64,000 nucleotides of DNA from an uncultured bacterium (GTDB lineage Bacteria > Patescibacteriota > Minisyncoccia > UBA6257 > 2-01-FULL-56-20): contig OY970358.1 of assembly GCA_963718575.1 (NCBI GenBank), positions 29,718 to 93,717 on the forward strand. The letters are read 5' to 3'. Position 1 is the stretch's first letter. The number at the start of each line of letters is the position of its first letter. This document shows, in pieces, positions 59,336 through 64,000 of this stretch. The notes below the pieces were generated by a model, which ran no database searches, was not told the origin of the DNA, and worked only from the letters and a program-made list of their open reading frames with translations. Position numbers and translations under genes: made by a program.

Positions 59336-59809
59336 ATGGAACCGCTCGAGACGAACATGCTCGCGCCGGACTTTACCCTCCCCGACCAGGACGGCGTGGG
59401 ACACGCGCTTTCAGAGTATCGCGGGCAATGGGTTCTGCTCTATTTCTATCCAAAGGACGATACGCCGGGATGCACAAAGGAGGCATGCTCGATCCGCGAC
59501 GCCTCCCCCCATTTTGAATCCTTGAACATAAAAGTGCTTGGCGTGAGCGTGGATTCGCCGGAGAGCCATAAAAAGTTTGCCGAGAAATATAAACTGCCGT
59601 TCACGCTCCTTTCCGATACGCATAAAAAAGTGGTCAATCGTTACGGCGTGTGGGGCGAGAAGAAATTCATGGGACGCGAGTATGAAGGCACGCTTCGGTC
59701 ATCATTCTTGATTGACCCGACGGGCACGATCGAAAAAATCTATATCGACGTGAAGCCTGAAAAACACGCAGAAGAGGTTTTACGGGATCTAAAACGATTG
59801 GAAGAATAG
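59336..59809 (+). CDS. bcp: peroxiredoxin (Bcp-type thiol peroxidase)
   Basis: FYPKDDTPGCTKEAC peroxidatic Cys motif. Confidence 0.85.
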   Translation: MEPLETNMLAPDFTLPDQDGVGHALSEYRGQWVLLYFYPKDDTPGCTKEACSIRDASPHFESLNIKVLGVSVDSPESHKKFAEKYKLPFTLLSDTHKKVVNRYGVWGEKKFMGREYEGTLRSSFLIDPTGTIEKIYIDVKPEKHAEEVLRDLKRLEE

Positions 59810-59863
59810 TACAAAAAAGTTTGCGGCGAAGAGCGACCCTGCGATCAAAGCAGGGTCGTTTTT

Positions 59864-60454
59864 CTATCGGGCAGCGATCTCGTTATTCAAAGTACCATTT
59901 ATCAGCAGATTTATTGCATGCTGCATTTGGTTTATGCGCAAAGAGTATCCGGCCATGTCGATGACGCCGGGCGTTGCTTCGTCAAAGACGCTCCTTGCGG
60001 CTGCAACGCGGAGAAATTCTAGAAGCGACACGCGGGTCATTTTCACCAGAGGTGGAAATCCGGTGAAGGTCGTGCTTGCGCAGAAATTCGGCTTGCAAAG
60101 AGGATCGATCAATCCCTTTAGTTTTTCAAATTCAGCAGAAGTGCCGGAGATATCCGTCGCGCTCGCCTGTATCCGCTCTACCGCGAAACGCAGTTCAATC
60201 AGGTTATGGACAAGTTTCAATCTCTCGTTCCCCATAGCCCACCGTTTTTGAAATGATTCTTCTGGTTCACCCTCCTGCTTGAGCGTGGGCTCCTTGTTGA
60301 TGCAGTAGTGCATCGGGCCATGCAGTATGATTTCGGCGGCCTGCTGGCACGGCTGGTTGTCGGATTGATCTTGCGCATTCAGTACGAAACTGAACGCAAC
60401 GATGGTTGCGGCAAGGATGGTGCGGCGAAGAAGGCTGCTTTTTTTGGCGGTCAT
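59864..60454 (-). CDS. hypothetical secreted protein
   Basis: Signal peptide MTAKKSSLLRRTILAATIVAFSFVLNAQ. No motifs otherwise. Confidence 0.4.
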   Translation of the reverse strand: MTAKKSSLLRRTILAATIVAFSFVLNAQDQSDNQPCQQAAEIILHGPMHYCINKEPTLKQEGEPEESFQKRWAMGNERLKLVHNLIELRFAVERIQASATDISGTSAEFEKLKGLIDPLCKPNFCASTTFTGFPPLVKMTRVSLLEFLRVAAARSVFDEATPGVIDMAGYSLRINQMQHAINLLINGTLNNEIAAR

Positions 60455-60654
60455 GGTTCGTCTCCTATCCAGCTAGATTGTGAAACGGTAAATCTGGTTT
60501 TATAGTACCACACACCTTCCCCTTGCAAAAGCACCCCGAGAAGGGTGTATAATGTACGCAGAAACTTGACAAAACCTTCCGCTCTTTGACAGCCTTATAT
60601 TTTTTCAAGGCCGTCATTATTGCACTTAATTTATTAATTAACCATTAACTACTC

Positions 60655-61629
60655 ATGAAAAGATTACTCTTTTTCGCAGGATTGATAGTCGCAATAGGGA
60701 GCATTGGAGGGAATATGACAGCGCACGCACAAACCGTCGCTGTCTCGCAGACACTCACGCCAGCACAGACTGCGGCGCTGGAGCAGCAGCTCGACGTTGC
60801 AAAAGCGACGCTGGCAAACCTGGAAATGCAGGCTGGAATTGTCCCGCCGGCTGATGCCGGAGCTCCGAGCACCATTCCAGCCTCGATCGCAGGAACCGGC
60901 TCGCAGAGCGCAACGGTTGCCATGAATCCGCCGACCGGACTTTCCGCAGCCCAAGTGAGCGCCTTTAGCGGCACCTTGAGCACGCTCGCGGAAACGCTTT
61001 CGCAGCTTGACGCATCGCTCGCGACGAACACCACGCTTTCCCCTTCGCAAGAAGCGGCAGTACAGGCAACGTTGAATGGCATGCAGGGCACGCTTGTCGC
61101 AATGGCTAATACCGTTGCAGGGAGCGAGAATAGTAATGTCGCCCAGGCCGCGCCGGCAACGCCACCGGTCGCAATGAAGCAACCGAGCGCCGCTCCGGTA
61201 GCAATAAACTCGTCGCCAGCAGCTACCGCGCCAACGACAGCTCCGGCAACCGCGCCTACGGTGGCAGTGACGCCAGCCACGCCGGTAGCAGTGAATCAGC
61301 CCGCGCCCGGCGCGGCAGTTGCTCCGCAGACCGCGCAGGCATCCTCGTTTTGGTCGTTCACAAAAGCGCATTGGCCGACGATCGTCATCGTCCTGCTCGT
61401 GATCGCAATCCTCGCCATCTTATTCTGGCCGGAAAAGGAAACGGTGCGGACGGTATCAACGGGAAACTCGGGTTCGGGAAAGCCTAAATCGGCTCCGTCC
61501 CCGATCAGTACCGCGACCTTACCGCAGAACACCGCTCCGAGCGCCGCAAAGATTCTTACCGAGAATAACAGCGTCCCGACACCGGCAACGCCGATGTCGA
61601 ATGCAGTGGCAGCGCCATCACAGAAGTAG
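60655..61629 (+). CDS. secreted Ala/Thr/Pro-rich low-complexity protein with C-terminal TM anchor
   Basis: Signal peptide, ~250 aa of A/T/P/Q-rich repeats, then a TM helix WPTIVIVLLVIAILAILFW. Confidence 0.45.
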   Translation: MKRLLFFAGLIVAIGSIGGNMTAHAQTVAVSQTLTPAQTAALEQQLDVAKATLANLEMQAGIVPPADAGAPSTIPASIAGTGSQSATVAMNPPTGLSAAQVSAFSGTLSTLAETLSQLDASLATNTTLSPSQEAAVQATLNGMQGTLVAMANTVAGSENSNVAQAAPATPPVAMKQPSAAPVAINSSPAATAPTTAPATAPTVAVTPATPVAVNQPAPGAAVAPQTAQASSFWSFTKAHWPTIVIVLLVIAILAILFWPEKETVRTVSTGNSGSGKPKSAPSPISTATLPQNTAPSAAKILTENNSVPTPATPMSNAVAAPSQK

Positions 61630-61706
61630 CACGCAGCACGCACGATTCATCTGAGCCAAGAAAAAACCGCCCTTAGGGCGGTTTTTTCTTTTCACCAATC
61701 AATACA

Positions 61707-62048
61707 TTAGTTCGCGGTACCGGTATACGGCGCAAAGCCGGTGTTCGGGAATGCCACACCTCCGATAATAGAATTGATACTCGCCAAAACGCTGCTGATA
61801 CCTCCCAAGGTTCCGCTCAAGGCAGTAGATTGGGCGGTACTAAAGTCACCCGCATTGATATCGTTCTGTATCGTGCCTATCAGGTTACCCGTCGCTGAAA
61901 TCGTAGTTACGAGCATTGATGTGGTGGTTGGGTTCAACACAACTTGCGCGTGCGCCTGACTGGTGGTTGCCGACACCACAACGATAAGAGCAAAGAGTGT
62001 CGCGGCAACGATCGCGCTGGCGCGAGAAATATTCATTTTTTTGGTCAT
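61707..62048 (-). CDS. small secreted hypothetical protein
   Basis: Signal peptide followed by Thr/Ser/Gly-rich sequence. 113 aa. Confidence 0.35.
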   Translation of the reverse strand: MTKKMNISRASAIVAATLFALIVVVSATTSQAHAQVVLNPTTTSMLVTTISATGNLIGTIQNDINAGDFSTAQSTALSGTLGGISSVLASINSIIGGVAFPNTGFAPYTGTAN

Positions 62049-62341
62049 TATGTTTTGTAATAGTTAGCTTTTACTGGATATGATCGACCTTCCTGTATCC
62101 TTTCTACATCATTACTGCCGTTCAGGATACGGATTCGTTACATCCGAACACTTCTCTATAATGATCGGCGCATGGTTAAATTGCCGGTCTGCCGCATAGC
62201 CCAACCCAAAACTGACCGATGCCACAAAAAATACGATCGCGGCGAACGCCACCGCGCGCCTATGTCGGGTGATATATAGTTTTATTTTTTCCACAACGCG
62301 ATGCTAACACATCGCGCATTAAAACTATCTAAAAAGCTCTG

Positions 62342-63058
62342 CTAAAACTGCAGGTAGCTTTCCCACTTTGTATAAAGCTCCCTCGTGGCGCGGATATCGC
62401 GCACATTATACCTTGCGATATCCAAAAATTTCTTTTTTTTGAAGAGCGGACCGACGTCGTCGCCGGTCACCCCGCCGGCTTTGGGGCTTGGGATGCCGAA
62501 TGCGCGTGACCACAGATGCAAGCTTCCCTTCCTGCGCGTGGCGCCGTAAAACGAAAGCTGTTCGGCAAGGTCGATATGCAGCGCCTCCGGATTGTTCTGA
62601 TACAGATACCGCCCGCGCATAAGATCTTTTGTCGGGCGGATGCCATGAACGGCGGAACGGATCATAATGAACGGCATGTCGAACGCGCGGCCGTTGAACG
62701 TGATGAACACCTGATACCGCTCGGCGAGCTCCCAAAATTTTGCGAGCATATCTTTTTCCGTCATCTGTTTGAAGCTCACGCCATCTTCCTTTACCTCCGC
62801 ATTCTTTTGCCCGGGCGCCTGGTAGTATACCGCGCCTTCGTTCTTGTGATAGTCGAGGAGGCCGATCGCGACGATCTCGCCGGTGAGCGGCGAGAACCCC
62901 AGGCCGTTCTTAAGGTCCTCAAGCGCGATTTTATATTCTTCCTCGCTCCCGGATTCCCGCTTGATCCACCGGGTGATATTCTCCTGCGTGGCATGGTCGA
63001 GCGCGTCAAAATCCTCGCCGATCGTCTCTATATCGATAACAAGCTTGTTGGTGGTTGA
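62342..63058 (-). CDS. RNase H-like fold 3'-5' exonuclease family protein (YprB-like)
   Basis: VIDIETIGED... N-terminal DxE exonuclease motif, and IVAIGLLDY... typical of PolB-exo-like stand-alone exonucleases. Confidence 0.5.
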   Translation of the reverse strand, partial: STTNKLVIDIETIGEDFDALDHATQENITRWIKRESGSEEEYKIALEDLKNGLGFSPLTGEIVAIGLLDYHKNEGAVYYQAPGQKNAEVKEDGVSFKQMTEKDMLAKFWELAERYQVFITFNGRAFDMPFIMIRSAVHGIRPTKDLMRGRYLYQNNPEALHIDLAEQLSFYGATRRKGSLHLWSRAFGIPSPKAGGVTGDDVGPLFKKKKFLDIARYNVRDIRATRELYTKWESYLQF

Positions 63059-63128
63059 CATTACCTGCATTCTAACATAAAATGGAATGACGTTTACAAG
63101 CAGTCATTAATCATTATTTAATCACTCT

Positions 63129-63407
63129 ATGGCACATACCAAAGCCATCGGCTCCACCAAATTAGGACGCGATTCCGTAGCCAAACGGCTTGGCGTCAAG
63201 CTTCAGGACGGCCAAAAAGTCATGGTCGGCCAGATCATCGTCCGCCAGCGCGGCACCAAGTACACCCCGGGCGTGAACGTCCTTCGCGCAGCCGATGATA
63301 CCCTCTTTGCCGGCAAGAACGGCGTGGTCAAATTCGTCACCAAGATGAAGGGCCATTTCGACGGATCCCGCAGGAAAGCGACGGTGGTGCAGGTAGTCGC
63401 AGCGTAA
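63129..63407 (+). CDS. rpmA: 50S ribosomal protein L27
   Basis: [16 protein letters not shown]...[10 protein letters not shown]. Confidence 0.9.
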   Translation: MAHTKAIGSTKLGRDSVAKRLGVKLQDGQKVMVGQIIVRQRGTKYTPGVNVLRAADDTLFAGKNGVVKFVTKMKGHFDGSRRKATVVQVVAA

Positions 63408-63438
63408 AAAGAAATAAAAAAACTGATTCTTTAAAAAA

Positions 63439-63466
63439 CCATCGAAAAAATCGATGGTTTTTTTAT
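63439..63466 (+). terminator. rho-independent terminator of rpmA
   Basis: ccatcga-aaaaaa-tcgatgg followed by ttttttt. Confidence 0.6.
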
Positions 63467-63835
63467 TAGTGAGTAGCGTGGGATGAGGTTTGAACAAAGC
63501 CGATCCTGAAGTCGTGCGGGGATTTGGAAGCTTGAAGAAGGATATGATAATCTGTGCATAGAGGGTACAATGGAACTAGATCTCCAGAGCGCAGATATAA
63601 TCGCGGCACGCGAAGCTATGGAGCAACAATATGCTCCGAGCATCGCGGCCTTCGAGAGAGAAGCTCAGCCCGAAGTTGATGAAATTCGGGAATCCCGACA
63701 CATCACCGGAGATGATCTCTCTATCACTATCAACCAATAAGCCAATCTACTTCGCCACATGCCCCGCACCTTGCGGGGCTTCTTCTTTGTATTGCGGAGA
63801 GGGAGAGATTCGAACAATGAGATCAAATCATGCCG

Positions 63836-64000
63836 CCTTTACCACAACTACCCCGAGCTTTGCCACCACGCCTTTCTTCAGATTGATCGGCACAACAAAT
63901 TCACCAAGTTCCTTGATGGGATACTTCAGATCGATATCGATCCGCTCGGTGCCGATTAACTTATGTTCGCGAAGCGCTTTCAAGATGGTCTCTTTATTGA
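63836..64000 (-). CDS. 3' end of a minus-strand gene continuing beyond the window
   Basis: Open frame ending ...KGVVAKLGVVVVKAA with its stop at ~63836. Identity unclear. Confidence 0.3.

Noticed and set aside
63803-63870. tRNA gene at the window end (gcggagagggagagattcgaac...)
   Set aside because: The acceptor and T-stem pairings cannot be completed. It is treated instead as a tRNA-fragment-like motif.

Overview
The window looks like part of a small, gene-dense bacterial chromosome with a reduced-genome profile. Tsf is 153 aa, trigger factor lacks the PPIase domain, and RecO is short. There are several large low-complexity surface proteins and a minimal type IV pilus set. This pattern resembles CPR/Patescibacteria-type organisms, but that placement is an inference from gene content only.

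The backbone is housekeeping genes: MacAB-like efflux transporter, rseP, frr, holB, mreB, murA, glyQS, recO, tsf, rpsB, mraY, scpAB, dnaX, greA, tig, obg, ABC-F, msrAB-tlpA-ccdA, typA, bcp and rpmA. Two regions stand out as accessory or unusual.

1. 16.3-21.4 kb sits next to a tRNA-Tyr gene. It holds at least six copies of a 35-50 bp repeat that resembles the tRNA 3' end plus its flank. The repeats separate small cassette-like genes (YceI-like, NTF2-like, NUDIX and unknowns). Long non-coding stretches in this island carry rRNA-like and RNase-P-like motifs.

2. 48.8-56.1 kb is a tightly packed minus-strand operon bracketed by a two-component system. It encodes a MIO-type aromatic amino-acid ammonia-lyase/aminomutase, a PaaK/F390-synthetase-type adenylating enzyme, a ThiF/E1-like enzyme and a tandem nitroreductase-fold protein. 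As far as I can tell this gene combination does not match any described pathway.

A minus-strand type IV pilus cluster (pilB, pilC and four pilin-like genes, two of them very large) lies at 29.6-36.3 kb.

Several conserved genes are broken by short compensating frameshifts: mraY, a PBP-type carboxypeptidase, scpB, dnaX, one pilin-like gene and typA. Homopolymer-length sequencing errors explain this more parsimoniously than gene decay.

All calls are from reading the translations and DNA by eye. No searches were run.
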